Positions 19,227 to 27,864 of a stretch of DNA of 32,000 bases are shown one piece after another. The stretch spans positions 1,020,001-1,052,000 of the forward strand of contig CAWJMG010000001.1 in assembly GCA_963843975.1 (NCBI GenBank), read 5' to 3'. Within the stretch, counting starts at the first letter, position 1; each line of letters starts with the position of its first letter. The translations under genes were made by a program, and so were the position numbers. The stretch is from an uncultured Actinomycetes bacterium. Its GTDB lineage: Bacteria; Actinomycetota; Actinomycetes; S36-B12; CAIYMF01. The notes under the pieces are model-generated. The model had not been told where the DNA came from. It saw only the letters and a program-made list of their open reading frames with translations, and ran no database searches.

Positions 19227-20702
19227 TCAGGCGCGGGCTGCGACCAGCGCGTCGCCGAACGCGACCACCGTGTCGGTGAAGCCGTCGACGTCGGCGGAGG
19301 TCGTCCGGCTGTTGACGAAGCACGGACGGATGGCCAGCGCGCCGCGCACCCGGGTGGTGCTCGGCATGTACGTCGTCTCCACGTGCAGGCGGTGCACGAG
19401 GGCCTCGTTGATCGCATCGACCTCTCCCGCGGGGAGGTCGACCTCGGGCAGATAGCGGAAGCAGACGATGGACAGGTTCGGCACGGTGAGCAGCTCGAGC
19501 CGCGGGTGGGCGCGGACCTCGTCGGCGACGCGGCGCGCGAAGTCGTCGTCCTGCCGGATGCGGGCGGTGACGCCGGAGCGGCCGAGCTCTCGCAGCACGG
19601 CCCACACCGCCACACCGCGGGCCGGTGCGGTCAGCTCGACACCGAGGTCGGCGTACGGGATGCCCATCGCGTCGAGCGAGGTCTGCGCGTCGTCGGCGCT
19701 CATGTCCTGCGGCGCGAGGTAGTCGGCGGGCTCCTGGGTGAAGGCGCGGCGCAGCAGCTCGCGGTCGCGCACGAAGGTCGCGCCTGTGCCGACGGGGATG
19801 CCGAGCCACTTGTGCGGGTCGACGATCGCGGAGTCGGCCAGCTCGAGGCCGTCGTAGAGGTGGCTGACGCGGTCGTCGAGGATGCCGGGCAGGCCGTAGG
19901 CGCCGTCGACGTGAAACCAGGCTCCGTGCTCGTGCGCGATCTCGCCGACCGCGCGGAGCGGGTCGATCGAGCCCGTGTTCGTGGTGCCGGCGGTGCCGAC
20001 GACCGCGATCGGAAGCACGCCGTCGGCGACGTCGGCCTCGATCAGCTCGCGCAGCGCGTCCGGGCGCATGCGCAGCTCGTCGTCGACCGGCACGAGGCGC
20101 ACGCGCGAGCGGCCGATGCCCAGCACGCCCGCGGCGCGCTGGATCGTGTGGTGCACCTCGGCCGACGCGTAGACCGCGAGCGGCGTGGCGTCGAGGCCGT
20201 CGCGCGCGACGTCGCGGCCGCGCTGCTCGAACGCCCACTGCCGGGCAGCGCCGAGCGCCACGAGGTTCGCCGTCGAGCCGCCGCTGGAGTAGACGCCCTG
20301 CATGTGCGGGCCGAGGCCGCACAGCTCGGCGAGCCAGCGCAGCGAGAGATCCTCGACGAGGTTGGACGCCGTGATCGAGTAGCGGTGCGGCGCCGCGATG
20401 AGCGCGGCCGCGGCAGCAGCGGCCGGGACGGTAGACGGACCTGTGACGATCCAGCCCCAGAAGCCGGGGTCGGCCACGCGCGTGCCGTTGGGCACGACGA
20501 CGTCGAGCAGCTCGGTGACCGCGGCGTCGGCGCCGATGCCGTCCGCAGGCAGCGGGCCCTCGAGCGCCGTCGTCCACTCCGTACGCCGGATGACCGCGTC
20601 CGGCCGGTCGTCGGTCAGGAACCGGTCGAGCGCAGCCCCGACGCGTGCGTACGTCGATCCGAGGTCACCGGTGAGCGGGCTCTGAGGCATGCCGGACATC
20701 AT
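19227..20702 (-). CDS. Pyridoxal phosphate-dependent group II decarboxylase (aspartate aminotransferase fold)
   Basis: 491 aa containing GGSTANLVALGAAR and the PLP-lysine motif SAIVDPHKWLGIP. Substrate is not assignable from the sequence. Confidence 0.88.
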   Translation of the reverse strand: MMSGMPQSPLTGDLGSTYARVGAALDRFLTDDRPDAVIRRTEWTTALEGPLPADGIGADAAVTELLDVVVPNGTRVADPGFWGWIVTGPSTVPAAAAAAALIAAPHRYSITASNLVEDLSLRWLAELCGLGPHMQGVYSSGGSTANLVALGAARQWAFEQRGRDVARDGLDATPLAVYASAEVHHTIQRAAGVLGIGRSRVRLVPVDDELRMRPDALRELIEADVADGVLPIAVVGTAGTTNTGSIDPLRAVGEIAHEHGAWFHVDGAYGLPGILDDRVSHLYDGLELADSAIVDPHKWLGIPVGTGATFVRDRELLRRAFTQEPADYLAPQDMSADDAQTSLDAMGIPYADLGVELTAPARGVAVWAVLRELGRSGVTARIRQDDDFARRVADEVRAHPRLELLTVPNLSIVCFRYLPEVDLPAGEVDAINEALVHRLHVETTYMPSTTRVRGALAIRPCFVNSRTTSADVDGFTDTVVAFGDALVAARA

Positions 20703-20831
20703 GGCCCGCCTCGCCCGTTCGGATTGCGATGAAGGGGGCCTTCGTTGCTAAGAGCGCAACAAAGTGACCCTTCACGGCCCAGGGCGGGCGCTCGGTAGGT
20801 CGGGTGGGCGTTCGTCGGGCAGGATCGACGC

Positions 20832-21938
20832 ATGGCAGCCGCGACGAGCTCGACGTCCCGCTGGCCTTCGCTGTCCACCCTCGGCCCGATCATCGGTGTC
20901 GTCGTGCTCGCCGTGACGTGGGGGCGCGACCTCCCGGGGATCGCCGCAGCGGGCGCGGCACTCGCCCTCGGCGGCGCGGTCCTCGCGGCGGTACATCACG
21001 CCGAGGTGATCGCGCACAAGGTCGGCGAGCCGTTCGGATCGCTCACGCTCGCCGTCGCAGTGACGATCATCGAGGTCGGCCTCATCGTCACGCTGATGTC
21101 GGCGGGCGGGGTGGGCGCGTCGAGCCTCGCGCGCGACACCGTCTTCGCCGCGGTGATGATCACGTGCAACGGCATCCTCGGCATCTCGCTGCTCGCCGCC
21201 TCGATCAAGCACGGCGTCGCTCTGTTCAACGCCGAGGGCAGCGGCGCCGCCCTCGCCACCGTGGCTACGCTCACGACGCTCACGCTCGTGCTGCCGTCGT
21301 TCACGACGAGCGTGTCGGGGCCGGAGTACAACACCGTCCAGCTCGTGTTCGCCGCGATCGCATCGGCCGCGCTCTACGGCATGTTCGTGGTCACGCAGAC
21401 CGTGCGGCACCGCGACTTCTTCCTCCCCGTCGAGGTGCCCGCGGGCGCCGAGGACCCCGACGCGCACGCCGATCCGCCCACCGGCCGCGCCGCGCTCTCC
21501 AGCGTCGGCCTGCTTCTGGTCTCGTTGGTCGTCGTGGTCGGCCTCGCGAAGGTGGAGTCGCCGTTCATCGAGGACGCCGTTGCCGGCGCGGGCCTGCCGC
21601 AAGCCGTCGTCGGCGTCGTGATCGCCCTGCTGGTGCTGCTGCCGGAGTCGCTGGCCGCCGTACGGGCCGCGCGTCGGAACCGCACGCAGGTCGCGATCAA
21701 CCTGGCCTTCGGGTCGGCGATGGCGAGCATCGGCCTCACGATCCCGGCGATCGCGATCGCGTCCATCTGGCTCGAGGGGCCGCTGCTGCTGGGCCTCGGC
21801 GCGACGCAGCTCGTGCTCTTCGGCCTCACCGTCGTCGTGGGTGCGCTGACCGTCGTACCTGGGCGGGCCACGCGCATGCAGGGCGCCGTCCACCTCGCCA
21901 TCCTCGCCGCGTTCCTCGTCCTCGCCGCCAGCCCCTGA
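20832..21938 (+). CDS. Calcium:proton antiporter (CaCA / ChaA-like)
   Basis: 368 aa and polytopic. It has the duplicated alpha-repeat-like segments GSLTLAVAVTIIEVGLIV and AVVGVVIALLVLLPESLAAV. The start codon is not certain. Confidence 0.78.
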   Translation: MAAATSSTSRWPSLSTLGPIIGVVVLAVTWGRDLPGIAAAGAALALGGAVLAAVHHAEVIAHKVGEPFGSLTLAVAVTIIEVGLIVTLMSAGGVGASSLARDTVFAAVMITCNGILGISLLAASIKHGVALFNAEGSGAALATVATLTTLTLVLPSFTTSVSGPEYNTVQLVFAAIASAALYGMFVVTQTVRHRDFFLPVEVPAGAEDPDAHADPPTGRAALSSVGLLLVSLVVVVGLAKVESPFIEDAVAGAGLPQAVVGVVIALLVLLPESLAAVRAARRNRTQVAINLAFGSAMASIGLTIPAIAIASIWLEGPLLLGLGATQLVLFGLTVVVGALTVVPGRATRMQGAVHLAILAAFLVLAASP

Positions 21939-21958
21939 CCACGGCCTAGGCTGCTCGC

Positions 21959-22321
21959 ATGAGCAGCGACGAGGCCGCACCGCGGACGCACCACGACCGC
22001 GTGGACGTCGACACCCGCTTCCTGCTGGCCAACGAGCGCACCGTGCTGGCCTGGGTGCGGACGGGCCTGTCGCTCATCGCCGTCGGCCTCGCGATCTTGC
22101 AGTTCGGCACCGACCTGCGCAGTCGCGTGCCGGTCGGGCTCGTTCTCCTGGTGGCCGGGTCGGTCGCGTCGGTCGCGGGGTGGCGTCGGTACGAGGCGGC
22201 CGACCGGGCGATCCGCAGCGGCACGCTGCCGCCGCGCGGACGCGCGCCGCAGGCGCTCGCGCTCGCCGTGGCGTTCCTCGGCCTTGTGCTGCTGGTGGCC
22301 TGGCTCATCCTCGAGCGCTGA
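21959..22321 (+). CDS. DUF202 (YidH-family) membrane protein
   Basis: 120 aa. The signature LANERTVLAWVRTGLSLIAVGLAI is followed by two more hydrophobic helices. Confidence 0.85.
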   Translation: MSSDEAAPRTHHDRVDVDTRFLLANERTVLAWVRTGLSLIAVGLAILQFGTDLRSRVPVGLVLLVAGSVASVAGWRRYEAADRAIRSGTLPPRGRAPQALALAVAFLGLVLLVAWLILER

Positions 22322-22375
22322 CGTCCGGCACGGGTCGGGTCGGGGTTCGCCATCGGCCGCGCTCGCCTCTGGCCC

Positions 22376-22545
22376 GGCGGGGGGATCCGTCGTGCTGGCT
22401 CGGTTGTGGTTGCCCGCTTCCACCCAGGCGCGTTCATCTGCCGCTCACGTCCCTGACCTGGGCGTGGAATCCGTCGGGCTGGCGGGGTGGTTGCGAAACT
22501 CGGTTGGCGCAGGTCCTGCCACTGCGACGGCATCCTGCAACTGAG
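22376..22545. repeat. Two diverged tandem copies (about 84 bp each) of the repeat family also found at 23910-24125
   Basis: V1 (22376-22459) starts GGCGGGGGGATCCGTCGTG and ends GCCGCTCACGTCCCTGACCT. By eye it aligns at roughly 70 percent with unit U1 at 23910. V2 (22460-about 22545) starts GGGCGTGGAATCCGTCGGG and is more degenerate. Confidence 0.7.
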
Positions 22546-22895
22546 GCCGCACGCGATTTCCGCGCGAGCCGGCACGGCCAAGTGAGCTAGGGCAGCCGCC
22601 CTAGAGACCCGCAGCGCTCAGCGGATTCGGTGGGTAGCCCAGGTGGGTCGGTGACCCTTTCCGCCGATGATCCCGCGGGGGTCGCGCCCACGGCGCAGGC
22701 TCAACTCGTTGAGGGCTAGCGGACCGGGATCTCGACTGGATAGGCGAGTTCCGCGCCCTTGCTGAAGACCTCAAGCGGACGGGTCGTCCAGGAGGTCAGC
22801 GGCCCCGGCCCGGCCACATCGAACCGGACAACCGAGGACACGCACGAGCCCTGCCCGGGCATGAGGCACGACCGAGACCTGGATGCTTCGCGCAT

Positions 22896-23777
22896 CTACG
22901 GCGCGGTGAGCTGAGCGGCGAGGGCGCTGGTGTCCGCCTGCACCACGGCCGGGTCGGTTCCGTACTCGAGCACCACGATGACACCCGTCCCGGAGCGGAT
23001 CCACTGGCACACCGTGAACGCGGGTGCGGACGAGGTCCCGCACGCGATCTGAGCCCCGCTCGGCTCGACCACCGGACCCCTCACCGCCCCCGTCCGGCTA
23101 GTGAACGCCCGAGTGACCGCGTTCATGGCCGGTTCCATCGCGAACTGGGTCGGGATCGATGCCCACGCGATCGCGACCAGACCGTTCCCTCTCTTCGGCG
23201 CACCCTTGGGTCCAGGGCCGTACACCTCAGCGTGAACGGCGGAGGCTCCGGGGAACACCCCCAGTGCCTTCGCCTCCTGCTCCACCCACTGAGCCTTGAA
23301 GTCCAACACTTCCTTGGCCGTGCCCGGAGTGCGGCCGACAAACGTTGCTGGGGTGGTCGGGGAGAGTGTGAGCGCTGGGCCTGGCAGGGGTGCGGTCGCT
23401 CCGTTGGCCGCGTTGGAAGCCTGCACGCCGGCCCTACCGGCCTGCATCACGAAGGACAGAGCAAACAGGCCCGCGATCGTGATGACGGCGATGGCCACAA
23501 CACGCCGGGCGCTCGTGGTGTACCAGTGACGGGTCGGAGCTGCCGCCGTTGCGAGTCGGTGACGCGGCGCCGCGAGCACGGTCGTCCCGCCCATCGCGGC
23601 TGGGCCTGTGCCTCCCGAGATGTGCTCGGTCCAGGTCGCGCCATCGAAGTACCTGACCTGGCCTGGCTGGTAGGGATCGTCGTACCAGCCTGCTGCCGCG
23701 CCCGAACCACTCACTGTCGCCCCCGTGCCCATAGTGCGCCGCGCGCCGACTACGCGGTCCAGCGTGGTCATCGGCAC
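22896..23777 (-). CDS. DUF2510 domain-containing membrane protein
   Basis: 293 aa. GWYDDPYQPGQVRYFDGATWTEH is the DUF2510 motif. It is followed by a TM helix (VVAIAVITIAGLFALSFVM) and an extracytoplasmic domain of about 170 aa. The true start may be the internal ATG at 23732. Confidence 0.8.
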   Translation of the reverse strand: MPMTTLDRVVGARRTMGTGATVSGSGAAAGWYDDPYQPGQVRYFDGATWTEHISGGTGPAAMGGTTVLAAPRHRLATAAAPTRHWYTTSARRVVAIAVITIAGLFALSFVMQAGRAGVQASNAANGATAPLPGPALTLSPTTPATFVGRTPGTAKEVLDFKAQWVEQEAKALGVFPGASAVHAEVYGPGPKGAPKRGNGLVAIAWASIPTQFAMEPAMNAVTRAFTSRTGAVRGPVVEPSGAQIACGTSSAPAFTVCQWIRSGTGVIVVLEYGTDPAVVQADTSALAAQLTAP

Positions 23778-23909
23778 CCGAGGCAGCGCACCTGAGCGGA
23801 CAGCTGGCCGCGGTTGCCGCTCGATTGCCGGCGCTGGCGCGAGCGATGAGCCCGCAGGGCCGCCATCGTGGCTGAACCAGGAGCGACTCGCGTCGACGGC
23901 GCAAGCGGC

Positions 23910-24125
23910 GGCGGTGGGATCCGTCGTGGCCCGCTTGGTGCGGCGGTTGCTCGCTTCGACCCCAGGCTCGTTTGGCAGCCGCTCACGGTCCTGGCCTGGC
24001 GGTGGGATCCGTCATTGCCCGCTCGGGGCGGCGGTTGCTCGCTTCGACCCCAGGCTCGTTTGGCCGCCGCTCACGGTCCTGGCCCGGCGGTGGGATCCGT
24101 CGTAGCCGGCGCCTTCGGCGCGGGG
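23910..24125. repeat. Tandem 88-bp repeat, 2.4 copies (units at 23910, 23998, 24086)
   Basis: U1 and U2 are identical at 82 of 88 positions. U3 shares the first 18 nt (GGCGGTGGGATCCGTCGT) and then diverges. There are no spacers between units. Confidence 0.9.
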
Positions 24126-24155
24126 GACTCCTCCCAAATCCGGGGGCCACCGGGA

Positions 24156-24202
24156 ATGGATGAACCCGGCGCCCCAAGATCGGGGGCGCCGGGTTCATCC
24201 AT
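24156..24202. repeat. Perfect 20-bp-stem hairpin
   Basis: ATGGATGAACCCGGCGCCCC (24156-24175) and GGGGCGCCGGGTTCATCCAT (24183-24202) are exact reverse complements with a 7-nt loop, AAGATCG. Confidence 0.9.
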
Positions 24203-24240
24203 CGGCGGTGGCGGTGGGATTTGAACTCCCGAGCCCCGCG
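24203..24240 (-). other. tRNA 3-prime-half-like fragment (not a functional tRNA)
   Basis: The minus strand reads CTCGGGAGTTCAAATCCCACCGCCACCGCCG. It has a T-loop-like TTCAAAT plus an acceptor-like strand, but the T-stem does not pair canonically. No D arm, anticodon arm or 5-prime acceptor strand can be found upstream. Confidence 0.35.
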
Positions 24241-24779
24241 TACACGAGGTTGCGGGCCCTTTCTACTGGTGCTGCATCGTCGCAGGTCACAGACCTACGG
24301 GCCCTTCCGACCTGACCGTTGCTCTCCCCGTTTCGCCCGCCCGCCGTGACCAGTTCTGTGACCATCCGGCCGACACCGGCTGACGCGATGGGTGACGACG
24401 GCTCAGAGACGGCAGGATCAAAGTGTCACCTGGCCGCAACCACGGCCTCGGCCACGCGTCCGCGATCGCCGAGCTCGACGACCTCTGCAAGGCGCGGCCA
24501 GTGCGGCTGGCATCGCACGGGTGACCTACCTGCTACAAGAGCTTCGGCGGCAGGCGTCGCGCTTGCCTTCGCCCACCAGCTCACCTCGATACGAGCACAA
24601 ACGGGCCGTTGCGCGCGGACCTGTGATCGTTGCTTGGGGACGCGTCGGGGACAGGGACAGGGACAGGGACGAGCAAAACATCGCGGCCGGCACACCACCG
24701 GCGTCTGAGGGGCGCCGGTCAGGCCCCGGGCATGTCCAGCATCTGCAGGACCTCGATCGTGCCGTGACGTCGACCCTGG

Positions 24780-25400
24780 TCAGCCGCCGAGAACGTCGCG
24801 ATCGCCGCGATCGCGTGCGGGGTCGTTCGCCGGCAGCGCGTCGTACGCCCAGTCCGACCGTTTCCAGTCGGGGACCGGTGTGGGGCAGTCGACCTGCGGC
24901 ACGAACGATGACCGGCGTATCAGCTGGTAGCGGTGGATGTAGCGCGGGCAGTTGGGGAAGACGGCACGCGCCCTCACGCGGACGACGAACTGCGCCTCGT
25001 GGTACTCGGCCGTCAGCGGGTCGTCGAGGTCGATCGTGGCGACGCCCTCGAGGCGCATCCGGTTGCCGTGCTCGAAGTCGATGAACAGCATGCCGACGTT
25101 CGGGTTGACCAGCACGTTGCCGGTCGAGAGGTACATGCCGTTCCCGTCGTAGTTGGGGAACGCGACCGTGCGCTCGTCCAGCACGCGTACGAACCCGGGC
25201 TCGCCGCCCTTGTAGGAGCAAGTCGGTCTGCCCGCGGCGTCGGCCGAGGCCAGGAAGAACATGTCGCGCTGGCTGATGAACGCACGATCGCCGTCGTCGA
25301 TGGTGTTGCTCACCAGCAGGGTGTCGATGCGGTCGGCCAGCGACCTGGTGTCGTGGCGGTCCTGCAGCGCCCGGCTGCCCGGGTGGAACCCCTCGGCCAT
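24780..25400 (-). CDS. Pyridoxamine 5-prime-phosphate oxidase family (FMN-binding split-barrel) protein
   Basis: 206 aa: ...ISQRDMFFLASADAAGRPTCSYKGGEPGFVRVLDERTVAFPNYDGNGMYLSTGNVLVNPNVGMLFIDFE...RMRLEG. This is typical of this family. Confidence 0.78.
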   Translation of the reverse strand: MAEGFHPGSRALQDRHDTRSLADRIDTLLVSNTIDDGDRAFISQRDMFFLASADAAGRPTCSYKGGEPGFVRVLDERTVAFPNYDGNGMYLSTGNVLVNPNVGMLFIDFEHGNRMRLEGVATIDLDDPLTAEYHEAQFVVRVRARAVFPNCPRYIHRYQLIRRSSFVPQVDCPTPVPDWKRSDWAYDALPANDPARDRGDRDVLGG

Positions 25401-25481
25401 AGCGGCCTCCTGCCTGCGAATGGTGGGATCCGCGGTCGGACGCGTCGGCGAGGTGGCGCTGCCGACGCGTCCGTGCGTCCG

Positions 25482-26072
25482 TCAGCTGTAGAGCGGGTCG
25501 CGGAGGTCGAGGAACCGAGGAGTTCCGTCGATCATCTGCTGCCACGCGACATCGTCGGAGGAGTCGGTCATGCGGCTCTCTCCAGCGCGCGCGTGCTCCT
25601 CGTCGGTGAAGTACATGACCTGCACGCACTCGGTGTCGTTCTTCCAGCCAATGACGCCGCCGACTATGTCGGGACGCTCGACCCGTAGACGCTCCTCCAT
25701 CATGCGTCCCGCCTTGCGCATGGCGTCCTTGTCCTTCACTCGGCATTCGATGAGCTGCACGAAGTGGGCGTCGTTCGAGCCTCCGCCCATGATGGTGTCG
25801 CAGTCCGGGCAGTCGATGAACTCGACGTCGCCGTCGAAGACCTCCTGGGTCCTGCGCCACCAGGCGTCCTGCTCCGGGCGGGCGCTGTTGCGCTCCGCGG
25901 CCTGGCGTGTGTCGAACCGTGCCACCACGACACCTGTGCCGTCCGGTGCCACCCCCATGGTCGACCCGAGGAACCCTTCGGCCCCCGCCATCAGCTGCGT
26001 GCGCCACAACTCGGCCCTGCTGCGCAACGCGTCAGCATCCCGGACGTGCCCCTGGATCACCTGCATGAACAT
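25482..26072 (-). CDS. Hypothetical protein with two tandem ferredoxin-like (ABM/Dabb-like) halves
   Basis: 196 aa with good GC3 bias. There is an internal duplication: MQVIQGHVRDADALRS...VVARFDTRQAAE versus FVQLIECRVKDKDAMRK...VMYFTDEEHARA. Confidence 0.7.
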   Translation of the reverse strand: MFMQVIQGHVRDADALRSRAELWRTQLMAGAEGFLGSTMGVAPDGTGVVVARFDTRQAAERNSARPEQDAWWRRTQEVFDGDVEFIDCPDCDTIMGGGSNDAHFVQLIECRVKDKDAMRKAGRMMEERLRVERPDIVGGVIGWKNDTECVQVMYFTDEEHARAGESRMTDSSDDVAWQQMIDGTPRFLDLRDPLYS

Positions 26073-26334
26073 CGCGACTCCTCTCGCCGCGTGGGGTCAC
26101 CCGGCGCGTCGCCGGGCGAAGACTTCAGGATGCTCCTGCCGCGCCGTGGGCGCCAGGTTGCGTCGCCGCCGACGTGGGCGGGCTCGCAGCGCCACCGACT
26201 CACCAGGGCTCCGCAGCTCGGGTCATCAACGTGGGCAGTCTGGGTAGTCGACACGAGACGGCCCCGGTCGGACACTGACGTGATCGTCGGGTACCAATCG
26301 CCCGTCCGGGCGGCCCCCGACCCCGGAGGTGCAC

Positions 26335-26727
26335 ATGGCCGGAATCGCCCGGGCACGATTCGAGAACGCCACGGACGTCCGCCCATTCCGCGAGGGAATG
26401 GGCCAGATGAGCATGCTCGACGTCGAGGGAAGCGCCGTCGGCCGAGCCGTGTTCGAACCTGGATGGCAGTGGTCCAAGCACGTGCAGCCGATCGCGGGCA
26501 CGGACAGCTGCCAGGCATCCCACGCCGGGTACGTCCTGTCCGGCCGGCTCGCCGTCCGGATGGACGACGGCAGCGAGGAGACCTTCGGACCGGGCGATGT
26601 CATGGTCTGCGGTCCAGGGCACGACGCATGGACGGTCGGGCCGCAGGCATGCGTCGTCCTGGACTGGGCCGGCTACTCCAACTACGCCAAGCCGACGGAA
26701 GACGCCGCATCGGGAACGGACAGCTGA
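26335..26727 (+). CDS. Cupin domain-containing protein
   Basis: About 130 aa containing GWQWSKHVQP...SHAGYVLSGRLAVRMDDGSEETFGPGDVMVCGPGHDAW, a cupin beta-barrel pattern. GGAGG Shine-Dalgarno lies 5 nt before ATG 26335. Confidence 0.8.
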   Translation: MAGIARARFENATDVRPFREGMGQMSMLDVEGSAVGRAVFEPGWQWSKHVQPIAGTDSCQASHAGYVLSGRLAVRMDDGSEETFGPGDVMVCGPGHDAWTVGPQACVVLDWAGYSNYAKPTEDAASGTDS

Positions 26728-26941
26728 CTGCGCGAGGTGCTGTCGCCGCCGATGAATAGGTACCGACGTTTGCGCAGCAGCGGGTCTCAAGAGCCCGCCA
26801 GCGTGGGCGTTACACCGAACGCGATGTGCATTCGAGCCAGGACGGTGCCGGACGGTCGGAAGCGAGCCCAGATCCTGACCACTTCTTGACCTTCGGACCT
26901 GTCCTCCGGCCGCCAGGCCCTGCATTGTCGTGAGCTGCCGG

Positions 26942-27430
26942 TCAGCTCATCCCCCGTGGCTGGCCGGCGCCGCGGTGGAACGGCCCCTCGCTTCCGTGCC
27001 CAGCGATGAGGTCCGTCGCCGACGAGGCTCGGAGTCGTCCGTCGATCAGCGTTCTCCTTCGTGGCCCGAAGTCGGCGACGCTTGTACCCGAAGAGCTGGC
27101 CGGGTGCAGTGCCTGAACCTCTCTGCAGGCTGGCCCGCACTGCGCCTCGCGTTGAAGGCACCCGACTCTCGGTTCGGCGAGTGCACCTTCCTCCTCAACG
27201 TGATGGAGGCCGTCGGGGCGCGGCAGCAACGGCGGACATGTCTTGTTCGACGCCTCGATCGTGTCGTCGTGATGGTTCGGGTAGGCGTCCAGGATCGCCG
27301 CGGCCTCGCCCTTTCCTCTCATGTCGAGATCGAAGCGACTCCGATCCGACCAGCTGCCCGTTGTCGCCGTCCCATTCCGCAGAGATGGCGAGCTGAAGTT
27401 GACCGAGCCAGCCGCAGTTGAATGGCGCAC
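26942..27430 (-). CDS. Hypothetical ORF downstream of the small Cys-rich protein (coding status uncertain)
   Basis: 162-aa ORF starting 7 nt after the stop of the 27437-27745 gene. The central part (WSDRSRFDLDMRGKGEAAAILDAYPNHHDDTIEASNK...HHVEEEGALAEP) has coding-like composition, but the C-terminal third looks like off-frame text. No family recognised. Confidence 0.3.
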   Translation of the reverse strand: MRHSTAAGSVNFSSPSLRNGTATTGSWSDRSRFDLDMRGKGEAAAILDAYPNHHDDTIEASNKTCPPLLPRPDGLHHVEEEGALAEPRVGCLQREAQCGPACREVQALHPASSSGTSVADFGPRRRTLIDGRLRASSATDLIAGHGSEGPFHRGAGQPRGMS

Positions 27431-27436
27431 CGTGCC

Positions 27437-27745
27437 TCAGGGCTGGTGTGCGTCAGGCGCGTCCGTGGGTCGGGCGGACACCGCGATAGCGGGGCAGAAC
27501 TGGCAGCGGGCGGCGACGAACTCGCCGCGGACCTCGGTGACAACCCAGCTGTGGGCGGGGCACTGGGGGGCGCTGTCGGGGTTGAGGAATTGTTGGATCT
27601 CCGCGACAAGCTGAAGCATTCTCGCTTCGCGCCACAGGTCCGGCTCGCTGAAGCGGTGTCCGGCGGCGCAGTCGAGTCGGCCTCTGTGGTCGCGGTCGAC
27701 GTCGCGGCCGCACAGCGGGCAGCGGAGGTCGTAGATCGGTCCCAT
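27437..27745 (-). CDS. Small Cys-rich (zinc-ribbon-like) hypothetical protein
   Basis: 102 aa starting at ATG 27745, preceded by the GGAGGTG Shine-Dalgarno. Cys/His pairs are CPLC...C..GH and CPAH...CQFC. It lies 119 nt downstream of the recombinase stop on the same strand. Confidence 0.6.
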   Translation of the reverse strand: MGPIYDLRCPLCGRDVDRDHRGRLDCAAGHRFSEPDLWREARMLQLVAEIQQFLNPDSAPQCPAHSWVVTEVRGEFVAARCQFCPAIAVSARPTDAPDAHQP

Positions 27746-27864
27746 CGCCGCACCTCCTGCCCGTTGTCGGAACGGTAGGGCGCGCACCGTGTCTGTTGCA
27801 GCCCGAGCAGGTATGGCCGCACCCGCTTCCAGCCGGGGCCAGGTCGGGCCGCTGTGGGTGCCTG

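Noticed and set aside
20772-21980. 402-aa minus-strand ORF
   Set aside because: It is antisense to the CaCA antiporter gene and has a highly charged Arg/Asp/Glu/Gly composition with no motifs.
22728-22862. 48-codon minus-strand ORF (MPGQGSCVSSVVRFDVAGPGPLTSWTTRPLEVFSKGAELAYPVEIPVR)
   Set aside because: The C-terminal part looks like the tail of a real protein, but the ORF is short, lacks a Shine-Dalgarno and sits in eroded DNA. It is probably a gene relic and is not supportable as a feature.
22376-24125. Tandem repeats considered as a CRISPR array
   Set aside because: The units are 84-88 bp and directly abutting, with no unique spacers. No cas genes are present in the window.
24203-24300. 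Possible intact tRNA gene on the minus strand
   Set aside because: Only a T-loop and acceptor-like 3-prime part is present. The T-stem does not pair canonically, no matching 5-prime acceptor strand, D arm or anticodon arm can be drawn, and there is no CCA.
24648-24671. (GGGACA)x3 + GGGACG hexanucleotide microsatellite
   Set aside because: It is too short to carry obvious function. It is noted only as a further sign of non-coding, slippage-prone DNA in the 23.8-24.8 kb gap.
24526-26007. 493-aa minus-strand ORF
   Set aside because: It runs off-frame across the PNPOx-family and tandem-ABM genes on the same strand and is Arg/Pro/Gly-rich. The two shorter ORFs have real domain signatures.
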